Notes: generated by a model not told the origin, from the letters alone. 63,289 nucleotides of DNA from Leptospirales bacterium (GCA_040326155.1 JBEQLE010000017.1:1-63289), one strand, 5' to 3'. Positions 1 to 11,538 are shown, counted from the stretch's first letter. Translations and numbers: made by a program.

Positions 1-67
1 TTGTGAAACTAGACACCTTTTAGAAATTCTTTGTTGCCGGGATATCAGGTCAAAATAGAAATATCTA

Positions 68-718
68 ATGGGATTTCTGGATAAAATATTAAAGAAAACT
101 GGCCTGCGCAAAAAGCGAGACTGGGACGGAGCGTATCGATCGGGTAAAGCATTGTGGGACTCGGGTGTTCCTTCAGCTGAATTGGTAAAGGCGCTTTCAG
201 CCGGGGATATAAAACCAGGAAGAGCGCTTGAGTTAGGCTGTGGAACCGGAACAAATTCAATTTTTCTGGCGGAACGCGGTTTTGAAGTAACCGGGGTTGA
301 TAATTCTGACGAAGCTCTGGCCACCGGTAGAGAAAAGCTCACGAAGTATTATGAAAAAAAATCTCGAATACTTTCGGTTCAATTTGATAAAGTAAAAATA
401 CCAGATTTCAAATCTAATGTAAAGTATAATTTCGTTTTCGACCGAGGTTGTTTTCATACTTTCCCAAAACGCTCTTGGCAACCGTATGCGCAAATGGTTG
501 CAAATTTATTGCAGTCCGGATCTTACTACCTGTTACTGACGGGAAATGATAAAGAGCCTCGCGATCCGGGGCCGCCCGTTTTATCAGAAAAGCAGATTCG
601 AGATGTTTTTCTGCCCGATTTTAATATTATTAGAATTAAAGATTTCAGGTTTAATTTAAAAAAGAAAAATGCAGACGACGGGGCGCTTGGTCACTCCTGC
701 CTGATGACACGAAAATAA
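68..718 (+). CDS. Class I SAM-dependent methyltransferase (TPMT/TehB-like)
   Basis: Motif I 'ALELGCGTG', 'VTGVD', 'FDRGCFH', N-terminal 'WD..Y.....WD' pattern. Confidence 0.85.
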   Translation: MGFLDKILKKTGLRKKRDWDGAYRSGKALWDSGVPSAELVKALSAGDIKPGRALELGCGTGTNSIFLAERGFEVTGVDNSDEALATGREKLTKYYEKKSRILSVQFDKVKIPDFKSNVKYNFVFDRGCFHTFPKRSWQPYAQMVANLLQSGSYYLLLTGNDKEPRDPGPPVLSEKQIRDVFLPDFNIIRIKDFRFNLKKKNADDGALGHSCLMTRK

Positions 719-742
719 CCTGTTTCTTCGTATACAATTTTC

Positions 743-2035
743 CTACATTGTAAGATAGATGTTGCGGCTTGCGCGGTTAAACAAAAACAGAATAATGTTT
801 CGCGAGAGTTGAACTGAATAATAACCCTCTTTAGACTTAAAGAAATTTATATATTCTTGCAGCTCAGTATCGGTTAAGTTGCGGTAAGCAAATATGTATT
901 CATTTAGTAGTTCCTTGTTGTACCGGGTCAGAACTTTTTTTCTCTGAGAAATAAGTTTGGAACGAATATTGGCGCTATTGTATTCTTGCCTGTTTTTATC
1001 GAGGTAGGAGTAGACAACTAGCTCCATAACGCCCATGGTTATATCGGACTTTTGCCCGGCGTGCCCGTTTGTTTTTATTATGTTCTGGATTAAGTATTTC
1101 CTTTTTTTTGCTGACGAGTTATCACTCTTTAATTCATTTTTTAAATCTTCGTTAAATTTATGAATAAATTTTTCTTTTTCCTGATTGTCGCGGCTGGAAA
1201 AAACTTTTTGCTCTGAGACTTTTATTTTTTGAAAAAGAGCGCTTGCATAAAAGTCATTTACTTTTTTGAGTATTCTATGGTTTGCTGTTTTTGCAATGTA
1301 TAATGCAACTTCACTTTTCATCTGTTTTTCAGGAAAGGCGGTAGAGCCAAGGTTTTCCAGTACGGGTGATTTACCGAATGTTGCAACCATCATTTTATTA
1401 AAAGTCTTCGGTAATGTTTTCATGATTTGCGACACACCAATGTGCTTGATGTAATTCCAGGTTTCGGACGTAACTGCGTGTTCTGGAAGCTCCACAAAAC
1501 TTTCGATAATCTGCATCTGGGTTTCAAATCGATCGGCGTACAGATTGGCATCGGTCCAGTAATGAATCTGGTATATACCGTTATTCCCTTTTATATGGGC
1601 CAGGGTATAAGAGATACCTACCATGGTTCCGTCATCATCCATAAAGTTTGCTCTGACTTGTTGCATAACACAATTAAAATTGTTCACTTTGAGTTTTTCT
1701 ACCGCCGAAATAACAGGTTTAATGAGGTTGGTCGCGATGCCTTCGGCTGTTGCCTGAGAGTACTGTTCCATCGGTTTATTATGTAACACGGAAAGGTCAT
1801 TTGCAATAACCATAATATATTCATCTTGTTTTGGACCGGTTAAATTCAGTACCGATTTTTTATTCAAATTCGCATGGCGCCAGCCATATGGAGTTTGCAA
1901 TTTAAATAGAAAATCATTTGAAATAAAAGATTTTTCATGAAATAAAAAGACGTTTTGCAGGCTTTGCAGATTTGTTCCGGCCATCAACAGTAAAATCGTA
2001 ACGATAAATAATAGTCTGGTTTTTTTGTAGTGCAT
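743..2035 (-). CDS. Exported hypothetical protein, C-terminal DUF2059-like helix
   Basis: 430-aa ORF with signal-peptide-like N-terminus; 'YRNLTDTELQEYINFFKSKEG' resembles DUF2059. Confidence 0.55.
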   Translation of the reverse strand: MHYKKTRLLFIVTILLLMAGTNLQSLQNVFLFHEKSFISNDFLFKLQTPYGWRHANLNKKSVLNLTGPKQDEYIMVIANDLSVLHNKPMEQYSQATAEGIATNLIKPVISAVEKLKVNNFNCVMQQVRANFMDDDGTMVGISYTLAHIKGNNGIYQIHYWTDANLYADRFETQMQIIESFVELPEHAVTSETWNYIKHIGVSQIMKTLPKTFNKMMVATFGKSPVLENLGSTAFPEKQMKSEVALYIAKTANHRILKKVNDFYASALFQKIKVSEQKVFSSRDNQEKEKFIHKFNEDLKNELKSDNSSAKKRKYLIQNIIKTNGHAGQKSDITMGVMELVVYSYLDKNRQEYNSANIRSKLISQRKKVLTRYNKELLNEYIFAYRNLTDTELQEYINFFKSKEGYYSVQLSRNIILFLFNRASRNIYLTM

Positions 2036-2223
2036 ATTTTGTATCCTTAAGAACTCCGTTTAAATATCGATAGATTACACTAAATGGAGTATCGTATTTT
2101 CCTGTCAATTGAATATACTGTTTTACGCTGTTTCTAAATAAACGAATTACAAAAATATAATATTGACTACTTGATGATTAAATATATTATCGTACCGAAT
2201 GTAGTCTTTTTGTTACATGTAAG

Positions 2224-4317
2224 GTGAAAAATTTGAAATTAAAACGTACATTACTTAAATCTTTGGCAATAGGTCTAATTTTAATGAGCAATGGATTATA
2301 CGCTCAAAACGATTCGAACGGTGAATCTGAAGCGAGCCTTACACGAGTGGTTGCGTTGCCATTTGAGAATAAAACCGGTAATTCTGATATTGACTGGTTG
2401 GGGCAGTCGCTACCCGGCGTTATTACCCAATATGTAAATGGTCAATTTGTAATTGAAAACGCTTCGGGACCAAAGCTTGAAAAAGCTAAAAGAGTAATTG
2501 GACGAAAAAGTTCTTATTCAAGAAATGCACTGGGTACGGTCGCCACTTTGACAAAATCTCAAGTCGCTATTTCAGGGTTTTACACCTGGGATGAAGAGAC
2601 ACAAAAAGTAATTATTACTTCGTATTTATACATTATTCCGCTTAAGCTGTTTGTAAAATTGCCTCCGGTTGAATCGACTTTAGAAGGGTCTGAACTTTTT
2701 GGTGTTATGAATAAAACCGCCGAATTGATTACCGTTGAAGTCAGCAAGATTGGACAAAATTCCTATGGTAAAAATTCAAACAAGTTGGCGTTTAATGATA
2801 AACCTTTTATAGTCTTTCTTGCCTGTACCAACCCCGAAAAAGACGCCGCGACGGATATCGTTGAATTTCAAAAACTCGACTTGCCTGTTGCCATGCGACA
2901 GCTTTTAAATGGTATTGAACGTAAATTTTCAAGGAAAATAGTTTATAGACAATCGAAACAACAATACCTGCAAGGCAATTGCAGTGCTTTATTAAAGAAT
3001 CCTTTGGAACAAATTGAGAGTCAATTCGGGAGTTTACCACCCAATGCATTTGTATATACCGGTTTTTTGCAAAAAAACAAAACGGGTATAGAGTACAAAG
3101 CTTCCTTATACTCCGTAGATTCAAAAAAAAGGGAGTTTAACGACTCGATTAAAAGCGAAACGGAAGGGGACACGATTGAAAGTATACCCGAAACAGTAAC
3201 CAATGATGCGGCAACAAACCTTATAACTTTCTTTAAAACAAAGAAGCATAAAATTGGTGTCTCTGTCAATGGTCTAAATGGGACCGGTTTAGAAATCATT
3301 TTAAATGAGAATGAATCGCTGAAAATACAATCTGACGGACATGTTAAATTCAGAACTGCAGTATATACTGCCACGCCATACAAAGTTACAATAAAAAATA
3401 TACCAGAAACTCCCCGGCAAAAATGCTATGTATCAAATGGCGAAGGGGTCGTGTCTGTATCGGATGTAGACAATGTTGAAATTTTTTGTGTAAAAGAGCG
3501 TTTTGCAGTTCTTTACGAGGTAAACGGACTAAATGGAACAGTCGACATATCCTTGAATGGGAATGAAATCCAAAATGTGTTAGAAAATGGTAAATATGAA
3601 TTTAAAGACACTGTTGCCGATCAAGAATCATATGATATTAAAATTAAAAACTCACCGACAAACCAAAAGTGTAAAGCCTCGAATGGCACAGGCAAAATAA
3701 ATGGAAAAGCTGAAACCATTCAAATCGATTGTCGTTTTTTACCGACCTTTTTACTCTACGCTTTGGCCGGCTATCCTTTATGGGTAGGCAATTCAGATAC
3801 AACAAACGGTTCTTTACAAGTAGGGGGCGATTTGCCACTCTCCACTTTACAAGGCACTTTTAATGTTCACATTGGGCTAAAAGCCGAAAGACTGCTTCCC
3901 TGGAATATAGGGCTACTATTGGATATAGGCTTCAACGCTTTTTCAGGCAGCACAAAACTACTCGACTCAACCGGGGCTACAGTGGAAGACCCAGTCGATG
4001 TAACCGGGTTCAGCATCGATATTTTACCGCTTCTCAGTATGGATCTTTTGCCCGGCAAACATGCATTAATGCCGTTGCTTGGTTTCGGAGCCAGTTATCA
4101 GAGCTGGGATGCCAACTTTGGACAACTGTTTACGGGTTTTCTTCCGATGGCGGGTGTGGGAGTGCGCTATGAATTACCCCTTGGCGCAAAATATAATTTG
4201 ATCGCCCAGGTTTTAACCAGACTCTATTTTTTGCCAACAGATCAAATTAGAGTCGATACTTCTCTATCTGTCGGTGTAACTATGTTTTTATTCATGGGCC
4301 GGGGCAAACGAAAGTAA
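2224..4317 (+). CDS. Exported multidomain protein (TolB_N/CsgG-like N-terminus, two Ig-like repeats, C-terminal beta-barrel-like region)
   Basis: Signal peptide; 'VVALPFENKTG...WLG'; two 'VNGLNGT...LN.NE...C..SNG.G...C' repeats; amphipathic beta strands at the C-terminus. Confidence 0.6.
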   Translation: MKNLKLKRTLLKSLAIGLILMSNGLYAQNDSNGESEASLTRVVALPFENKTGNSDIDWLGQSLPGVITQYVNGQFVIENASGPKLEKAKRVIGRKSSYSRNALGTVATLTKSQVAISGFYTWDEETQKVIITSYLYIIPLKLFVKLPPVESTLEGSELFGVMNKTAELITVEVSKIGQNSYGKNSNKLAFNDKPFIVFLACTNPEKDAATDIVEFQKLDLPVAMRQLLNGIERKFSRKIVYRQSKQQYLQGNCSALLKNPLEQIESQFGSLPPNAFVYTGFLQKNKTGIEYKASLYSVDSKKREFNDSIKSETEGDTIESIPETVTNDAATNLITFFKTKKHKIGVSVNGLNGTGLEIILNENESLKIQSDGHVKFRTAVYTATPYKVTIKNIPETPRQKCYVSNGEGVVSVSDVDNVEIFCVKERFAVLYEVNGLNGTVDISLNGNEIQNVLENGKYEFKDTVADQESYDIKIKNSPTNQKCKASNGTGKINGKAETIQIDCRFLPTFLLYALAGYPLWVGNSDTTNGSLQVGGDLPLSTLQGTFNVHIGLKAERLLPWNIGLLLDIGFNAFSGSTKLLDSTGATVEDPVDVTGFSIDILPLLSMDLLPGKHALMPLLGFGASYQSWDANFGQLFTGFLPMAGVGVRYELPLGAKYNLIAQVLTRLYFLPTDQIRVDTSLSVGVTMFLFMGRGKRK

Positions 4318-4351
4318 ACTATTTCATATATGTAAGTCTTTATCTACAAAT

Positions 4352-4427
4352 GGCAGGCTAACTTCTCTGTTTTTTAGAGGTGTAAAGGGTTAACAGTTCC
4401 TATGTAATAAAGTGCGGAATGCTACCG
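4352..4427. repeat. Intergenic motif copy A (GGCAGGC..GTAAAGG..TGCGGAATGCTACCG)
   Basis: Three blocks shared with 18641-18731, including an exact 15-mer. Confidence 0.55.
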
Positions 4428-4669
4428 GCCTTGCTCTTTTTAGATTATTTTGTGAAGATATTGGAGACCACCAGTCCATGGCAATAATATTGAAAAATAG
4501 TTATTTACATACCGGCTAAAATACCATGTAATGAAGAAACAAATGGTTCTTCATAAAAATACCCCCCCATTGCGATTTCCATCTTTTGTTTATTACATTT
4601 CTCTGAGATGGCTTATCTTTTTACCGATAATACAATAGCTATTTAAACGCATTAAACAGGAATTTCAAA

Positions 4670-5103
<434 letters not shown>

Positions 5104-5107
<4 letters not shown>

Positions 5108-6120
5108 CCGGTGACAAGAGAGAGCAACAAGTTCTAATATATAAAGATGACAATCAGCGTGTGCGTGTTGAAGCGCGTTTTGAAGATGAAAACGTGTGGC
5201 TGACACAACGCCAGATAGTCGCGCTTTTTCAAACGGCCAAATCAACGGTTAGCGAGCATATTAAAAATATTTATACTGAAACTGAACTGCTCCCAGAAGC
5301 AACTGTTCGGAAAATCCGAACAGTTCAAAAAGAGGGCCCGCGCGAGGTCTCACGTGAGTTAGATTATTACAATCTGGATATGATCATATCACTTGGCTAT
5401 CGGATTAACTCAAAAGTTGCCACACAATTCCGTATTTGGGCGACCAACCTGCTAAAGGAGTACCTGAAAAAAGGCTTTCTGCTCAATGATGAGCGTTTAA
5501 AAACCCTGGGTGGCGGTAACTACTGGAAAGAACTACTCGATCGCATTCGCGACATCCGATCCAGCGAAAAAGTCATGTATCGCCAGGTGCTGGATTTATA
5601 CGCCACAGCAACAGACTACGACCCTAAAAGTGAAGATAGCCAGACTTTTTTTAAAATTATACAGAACAAGCTGCACTACGCCGCCCATGGTCATACCGCC
5701 AGCGAAGTCATTTATCTGCGTGTTGATAGCGATAAACCCTTTGCTGGCTTAAGCAGTTTTAAGGGTAGCCAGCCCACACAAGCCGAAGCCATGATTGCCA
5801 AAAACTACCTCAGCGAGCAAGAGCTACGGGTGTTGAATAACCTCGTTTCTGCCTATTTTGACCTGGCAGAGTTAAACGCCATTGAAGAGCGCGAGATGCG
5901 CATGGCGGATTATTTGCATGAACTCGACAATATTCTCTCATCTACGGGGCGAAAATTAATCGATAACGCAGGGAGCACTTCACACTACAATGCCAAAGAT
6001 AAAGCCAAACTGGAATACAAAAAATACAAAGCCAAAACCCTGGAAAACGTGGAAGTGGAGTACCTGAAAACCATCAATGCCCTGGAAAAAAAAGCCAAGA
6101 AAGAGAGCCGTAAAAAATGA
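5104..6120 (+). CDS. Virulence RhuM family DNA-binding protein
   Basis: '[10 protein letters not shown]', '[23 protein letters not shown]', '[13 protein letters not shown]', '[17 protein letters not shown]'. Confidence 0.9.
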
Positions 6121-6410
6121 GTGATGTGAGTTATATGGAGAAGCTACTTGATGGCGTCGAGGTGGAGTGGAAGCCGTTGGGGGAGGCGGCTGAGCTCATT
6201 AATGCTGAGAACCTGAATGCAGAAGCTGCCAGGCGTTATATTACAACCTCGTTAAAGCGAGAATTTGCTAGTGACAATGGCACTGAGCTCAATACCATTT
6301 TGCCGAAAATGAGCCCGTTAAACCCACAATACCTGACAAAAAAACAGAGTGTCTTCCAAAAAATAACTGCGTTTGTTGAGAAGTTCAAAGGCGTGGGTGG
6401 GCAGGTCTAA
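6117..6410 (+). pseudogene. hsdS N-terminus fused to hsdR C-terminus (EcoR124I-like) by deletion
   Basis: '[23 protein letters not shown]' (HsdS start) fused in frame to 'ENLN..AARRYI.TSLKRE...[30 protein letters not shown]' (HsdR end). Confidence 0.88.
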
Positions 6411-6491
6411 TCTACGTAGTTCAGGAAAAATGCATAGCAATAGCGCTCCTTATAGCGGCGCGGTCTATATTTTTAAAGGCGAATAATTGCG

Positions 6492-6527
6492 GTTTGTACG
6501 GGTCGGTCGCGACCGACCCGTACAAAC
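6492..6527. repeat. Perfect 36-bp palindrome, REP-like
   Basis: GTTTGTACGGGTCGGTCG|CGACCGACCCGTACAAAC is its own reverse complement. Confidence 0.85.
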
Positions 6528-6611
6528 ACATGCAAAAACACCTTTACATTTTACTACGTAGAGAATATATGAAATTTCTTACTAGTATTAAAGGCAAAAA
6601 AACTATAATCC

Positions 6612-8447
6612 ATGAAATCTATATCCATAAATTCTTTCATAAACCCCCGGCGCTTTTTTTACTTTTTAGCGTTCTCCTTTGTCTTGGCGCTTTTCTTTGG
6701 CTGTTCGCCCGGTGCGGCCACGCGTTTTTCAATTCCTTCTGTTTTGGTTGCTTTGAGTTTCTTATATGGTTGCGCAAACCGTAAAGATCTCGATACAGCT
6801 TTGCAGGCCAGAATCGATGAACTCAACACTGGCTGCGGAAATGACTGCACCTGGAGCCAGGACGCATATATAAAAGCGTCGAATTCAGAGGCGTACGATC
6901 ATTTTGGCAAATCGGTTTCCATTTCCGGCGACTACATGGTCGTGGGCGCTTTCTTTGAAGATTATCAGGCCACTACCACTCCTATAATAAATACGGATAA
7001 TACAAGCCCGACAGCCGCAGATGACGGCAGCGCAAATTACAGCGGCGCGGTCTATGTTTTTAAACGCAATACAACGACCGGTGATTGGTCACAGGACGCC
7101 TATTTAAAAGCTTCGAATCCGCAAGTAAACGATCGGTTTGGGTATTCGGTTTCGATTTCAGGCGATTATATCGTAGTCGGAGCTGCCTTTGAAGATTATC
7201 AGGCTACTACTACTCAGATAATAAATACGGACAACACAAGTCCGGGAACCGCTGATGGTGGTTCGACAAACGGTAGCGGCGCGGTGTATGTTTTTAAGCG
7301 CAATACAAGCACAGGTAACTGGAGCCAGGACGCTTATATAAAACCGTCCAATACAGGGGCAGACGACCGCTTTGGTTGGTCTGTATCTATTTCCGGTGAT
7401 TACATGGCTGTGGGCGCCGTAACTGAAGATTATCAGGGCACAACTCCTATAATCAATACGGACAACACAAGCCCGGGAACCGCTGATAATGGTTCGGCAA
7501 ACAATAGCGGCGCGGTCTATATTTTTAAAAGAGACACGAGTACTGGCCTCTGGAACCAGGATGCTTATTTGAAAGCTTCCAATGCCGAGGTTATTGATAA
7601 TTTCGGGTATTCAGTGTCGCTCTCAGGCAATTATATTTCTGTCGGAGCGCCTTATGAAGATAACTCTATTGCAACTACTACAATTGAAAATAGCGATGGC
7701 ATAAATCCTGCGGATGATAATGTTAATACTGAAAGCGGAGCTGTGTATGTATTTAAAAGAGACACAAGCACGGGCAACTGGAGCCAGGATGCTTATTTAA
7801 AAGCATCTAACGCAGGCAATTATGATTATTTTGGCAGGAACATTTGCATATCAGGCGATTTTATCGTTGTGGGCGCGAGGCAAGAAAGTAATTCCTTTAC
7901 ACAGATACAAAATGGCAATAATCATATTTTTACGAATGTTATAGATGATAATTCCGCAGCGAAATACAGCGGAGCCGTGTATGTATACAAACGGGATACC
8001 AATACTGCCGGTGATTGGTTCCAGGACGCTTATTTAAAAGCTTCCAACGCGTATGATCTCGATTATTTCGGATCTTCTGTTACGATTTCAGGCGATTATA
8101 TCGTCGTCGGAGCGCCTTATGAAGATAACTCCAGTACCGCCATACAAAATTCAGATGACACGGATCCCTTAACCGATGATGCTTTAGAGCAAAAAAGTGG
8201 AGCGGTGTATGTATTTAAAAGAGACACAACAACCGGCAACTGGAGCCAGGACGCTTATATAAAAGCTTCCAACGCCGGGGCGAACGATCATTTAGGTTGG
8301 TCTGTATCTATTTCCGGGACCACTATCGTCGTTGGCGCAAGAAAGGAACGTAGCAACCAGAAAGGCATTACCAATACGGATGGCGCAGCCTCGGCAGATG
8401 ACTCTTATGCTTCGAGCGGCGCGGTGTATATTTTCAAGGGCGAGTAA
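6612..8447 (+). CDS. FG-GAP repeat (beta-propeller) surface protein, probable lipoprotein
   Basis: Seven repeats 'WSQDAY.KASN....D.FG.SVSISGDY.VVGA...SGAVYVFKR'; lipobox-like FFGC/LYGC. Confidence 0.88.
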   Translation: MKSISINSFINPRRFFYFLAFSFVLALFFGCSPGAATRFSIPSVLVALSFLYGCANRKDLDTALQARIDELNTGCGNDCTWSQDAYIKASNSEAYDHFGKSVSISGDYMVVGAFFEDYQATTTPIINTDNTSPTAADDGSANYSGAVYVFKRNTTTGDWSQDAYLKASNPQVNDRFGYSVSISGDYIVVGAAFEDYQATTTQIINTDNTSPGTADGGSTNGSGAVYVFKRNTSTGNWSQDAYIKPSNTGADDRFGWSVSISGDYMAVGAVTEDYQGTTPIINTDNTSPGTADNGSANNSGAVYIFKRDTSTGLWNQDAYLKASNAEVIDNFGYSVSLSGNYISVGAPYEDNSIATTTIENSDGINPADDNVNTESGAVYVFKRDTSTGNWSQDAYLKASNAGNYDYFGRNICISGDFIVVGARQESNSFTQIQNGNNHIFTNVIDDNSAAKYSGAVYVYKRDTNTAGDWFQDAYLKASNAYDLDYFGSSVTISGDYIVVGAPYEDNSSTAIQNSDDTDPLTDDALEQKSGAVYVFKRDTTTGNWSQDAYIKASNAGANDHLGWSVSISGTTIVVGARKERSNQKGITNTDGAASADDSYASSGAVYIFKGE

Positions 8448-8523
8448 TGAAATTAGAATATATGCAATGTAAATGCACCTTATCTAGTTTACAAAGCATT
8501 TAAATAAAATAGTTAGTGTTCCT

Positions 8524-9651
8524 ATGTCATTATCCCAGTCCGACGGAATTAAAGACGACAATAAGCCAGCTTCAGAAGCCACGGCAGAAAATGAGTTTCG
8601 GGTTCATTTTTCGCGCGGATTTCCGACATGGCTTTTAGAAGAAAAAATTTCGCTAGCGATCAGCACCTATCAGGCCGGTAAAATTATATTGGTTGGGTTT
8701 AACACCAAGGGCGAGGTGAGTATTGTAGAACGATCCATTTCCAGGTGTATGGGTATTGCCGCCGACAAGGACGCACAAAATTTGTATGTGGCCGGTATAT
8801 CCAATATTTCTCGTTTTGTAAATGCCATTCAAGCGGGCCAGCAAAACCCCGACCACGACCGTATTTATATTCCCCAGGCTACCTACACAACCGGCGACAT
8901 CGACACGCACGACATGGCTGTTGACAAAGATGGTCGGCTTATATTTACCAATACGTTGTTTAGTTGCCTTTGTACGCTATCTGCTACACATAGTTTTGTA
9001 CCCATCTGGCAGCCGCCATTTATTACCGATTTGTTGCCTGAAGACAGGTGCCATATGAACGGCTTTTGTCTGAACGAGAAGGGCGAGCCGGGCTATGTTA
9101 CGGCTGTGGCAGAAACCAATTTAAGCGGAGCCTGGCGCGACAATCGCAGAGACGGCGGTATTGTCATCGATGTGCAAAAAAATAAAATTATAACAACCGG
9201 TCTTTCTATGCCGCATTCCCCTCGCATGCACAATGGAAAACTTTACATTCAAAACGCGGGTACGGGGCATCTTGGAACGGTTGATCTGAAAAGCGGCAAA
9301 TTTAAAGAACTGGTTTTTCTACCGGGTTTTTTGCGCGGCCTCTCTTTTTCCGGAAATTTTGCCATTTGCGGGGTTTCAAAAAAACGAAAAGACCGTAGTT
9401 TTCAAGGTCTCGAACTGGATGAAAATCTTCAAAAGCATAAAGTGAGTGCGAAATGCGGTATTTATATTATTGATCTTAAGACCGGTGCAAATATGCATCA
9501 CATAGAATTCGAGGGTCTACTCGAAGAACTGTACGATGTGCAAGTGTTGTCCGGTGTGCAGCGTCCCAATATTATTGGTTTTATGAAAGACGAAATTAAA
9601 AGAATGTATGTTGTGGGAGAAAACCAGGACAACTTAAAAACGTCTGAATAG
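8524..9651 (+). CDS. TIGR03032 (DUF4915) family protein
   Basis: 'SLAISTYQAGK', 'TGDIDTHDM', 'NTLFSCL', 'WQPPFI..L.PEDRCHMNG', 'GLSMPHSPR', 'LPGFLRGL'. Confidence 0.9.
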   Translation: MSLSQSDGIKDDNKPASEATAENEFRVHFSRGFPTWLLEEKISLAISTYQAGKIILVGFNTKGEVSIVERSISRCMGIAADKDAQNLYVAGISNISRFVNAIQAGQQNPDHDRIYIPQATYTTGDIDTHDMAVDKDGRLIFTNTLFSCLCTLSATHSFVPIWQPPFITDLLPEDRCHMNGFCLNEKGEPGYVTAVAETNLSGAWRDNRRDGGIVIDVQKNKIITTGLSMPHSPRMHNGKLYIQNAGTGHLGTVDLKSGKFKELVFLPGFLRGLSFSGNFAICGVSKKRKDRSFQGLELDENLQKHKVSAKCGIYIIDLKTGANMHHIEFEGLLEELYDVQVLSGVQRPNIIGFMKDEIKRMYVVGENQDNLKTSE

Positions 9652-9699
9652 GCGTGGAACAATATCAAAAGAATCAATCTTAAATTCAACGAGGGAAAC

Positions 9700-10149
9700 A
9701 TGAACAAGGAAAATCTAAAAAACTATGTACTGATGATCGCGGCGCTTGTAATCGGGGCGCTGGGTTACAAAATCTTGTTTGAACAAAAACCGGTAAACCC
9801 GACCTATCGACAAGGCGGCGGCAAGAATGGAAAAATGGTTTCTCCGTATCATGACAAACAGGTTAAAAACACGATACTGAAAAACCGAAGTGATATGATC
9901 ACTTGTTATAATGCTTACATAGAAACGGACCCAAAAATAACAGACGGACCTTTAAAAGTTGATTTTGAAATTGATGACGACGGCGATGTTATCAATGCAG
10001 AAAAAATAATTGGTCCGTTTGTCGACGAAACCTTTCTTACGTGTGTAATCGATAGTGTTCATAAATGGAAATTTCCAGAGCCGAATATTGCGACTCCTGT
10101 TTATGTGGAACATACTTTTACCTTTAAAAAAAGAGTGACCGCGAAATAA
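9700..10149 (+). CDS. Membrane-anchored TonB-C/AgmX-PglI C-terminal domain protein
   Basis: N-terminal TM helix; 'CY...G.L.V.F.I...G.V...C.....WKFPEP...V...F.F' pattern. Confidence 0.7.
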   Translation: MNKENLKNYVLMIAALVIGALGYKILFEQKPVNPTYRQGGGKNGKMVSPYHDKQVKNTILKNRSDMITCYNAYIETDPKITDGPLKVDFEIDDDGDVINAEKIIGPFVDETFLTCVIDSVHKWKFPEPNIATPVYVEHTFTFKKRVTAK

Positions 10150-10394
10150 TTTATCTTTCAGAAGTTACAAGATTTTTCTACTTGAAGAGTCTATCGCCAC
10201 ATTAAATATTTCGTTCATAATAAGATGCCAATAAGCAATTCCTGATGAAGTGGCAACTTTTTGCCGGTTTCAGGTCGTTATGCGAAATTATTTTGTCGTT
10301 GACGTTATACATAGATATCGATAACCAATATGCATTCAATAACGGGTGTGCTTGTTATTGGTAAATAGAGATAAAAATAGAGAAGGAAGATTAT

Positions 10395-11516
10395 ATGAGT
10401 GAAGTAAGTGAAGTGAGCGAAGTAAGTGAAGTGAGCGAAGTACGGCATCGGGCCAAATTCGATGGCGAGGGTAATGAATTTTTTAAGGTATTTTTAATAA
10501 ACGCTTTGTTAACACTGGTAACTTTCGGGGTTTATTTTTTCTGGGCAAAAGTCAGAATTAAAAAATTTATGTTTCAGCACACCGAGATTGCCGGGGGACG
10601 GTTCGATTACCATGTTACCGGTAAGGAAAAGTTTCTAGCATTTTTAAAGGCAATGTTAGTCGTCGGCGTAGTGGTTGCCATCTATATGGGAATTCTATAT
10701 CTAATGGCTATGAGTTTTTCATATACAGTCGCCACTATTATTACAACGCTGGTATTTTACCTGCTTATGTTATTTGTATATCCATTAATTTTTGTCGCCG
10801 TTCGTCGGTTTAACATGAGTAGAACTTCATGGAATAGCGTTCATTTTCGTTTTACCGGACGACCCAAAAAGTTATTTTTTATAGCAATCAAAGGTTTTAT
10901 TCTTTCCATAATTACGTTAGGGTTTTACACTCCCTGGTTTATTGTAAGTATGCAAAAATTTAATATTGATGGTACGTATGCTGGGAATAAAAAATTCTCG
11001 TTCAGCGGAAAAGGAAAAGACTTGATGATTCCCCATTTAGTAATAGTAGGGTCGTTCGTTGTAGCCTTTCTTGTAATGATGTTTATCATTTTTATGGCGA
11101 TGCTAGACGGTTCAGGAGGTACTCGTCCCCCGGCTGCTATAATGCTTCTATCTACTTCCTTGACGATGGTAATAATATATGGCGCTATTTTCTGGTCCTA
11201 TGTTTGGCTTATGCGTTACACATGGAATCATACTAAACTTGGCGACGATATTAAATTTAGCAGTGATATCACCAGCTGGAAATTTTTTGGTTACATATTA
11301 TTAGCAAGTTTAATCTCAGTTGCATCACTTGGTTTAGCTATGCCATGGGTAATCGTTATGATGACCAGATATATGGTTCAAACCGTATCGGTTCACGGAG
11401 ATTTGAACCCTGCAGACTTACAAGGTGACCCTGACTCCTCAGAGACTTCGGCTTTTGCTGAAGGACTTGGCGAAGCCGGTGATTTCTTCGATATAATTGC
11501 AGATTTTCTAACTTGA
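10395..11516 (+). CDS. YjgN (DUF898) family inner membrane protein
   Basis: 'FDGEGNEFF....NALLTLVTFGVYFFWAKVR', 'SIITLGFYTPW'; adjacent M48 peptidase as usual for this family. Confidence 0.88.
   Translation: MSEVSEVSEVSEVSEVRHRAKFDGEGNEFFKVFLINALLTLVTFGVYFFWAKVRIKKFMFQHTEIAGGRFDYHVTGKEKFLAFLKAMLVVGVVVAIYMGILYLMAMSFSYTVATIITTLVFYLLMLFVYPLIFVAVRRFNMSRTSWNSVHFRFTGRPKKLFFIAIKGFILSIITLGFYTPWFIVSMQKFNIDGTYAGNKKFSFSGKGKDLMIPHLVIVGSFVVAFLVMMFIIFMAMLDGSGGTRPPAAIMLLSTSLTMVIIYGAIFWSYVWLMRYTWNHTKLGDDIKFSSDITSWKFFGYILLASLISVASLGLAMPWVIVMMTRYMVQTVSVHGDLNPADLQGDPDSSETSAFAEGLGEAGDFFDIIADFLT
10398..10442 (+). repeat. 9-bp tandem repeat x5 encoding (SEV)5
   Basis: AGYGAAGTR x5 immediately after the start codon. 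Confidence 0.9.
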
Positions 11517-11538
11517 TCGTAGATATAATTGTCACCTG

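Noticed and set aside
10241..10298. Hammerhead ribozyme (CTGATGA...GAAA)
   Set aside because: Stem II cannot close next to the core, and CCTGA pairs better with TCAGG as a plain hairpin.
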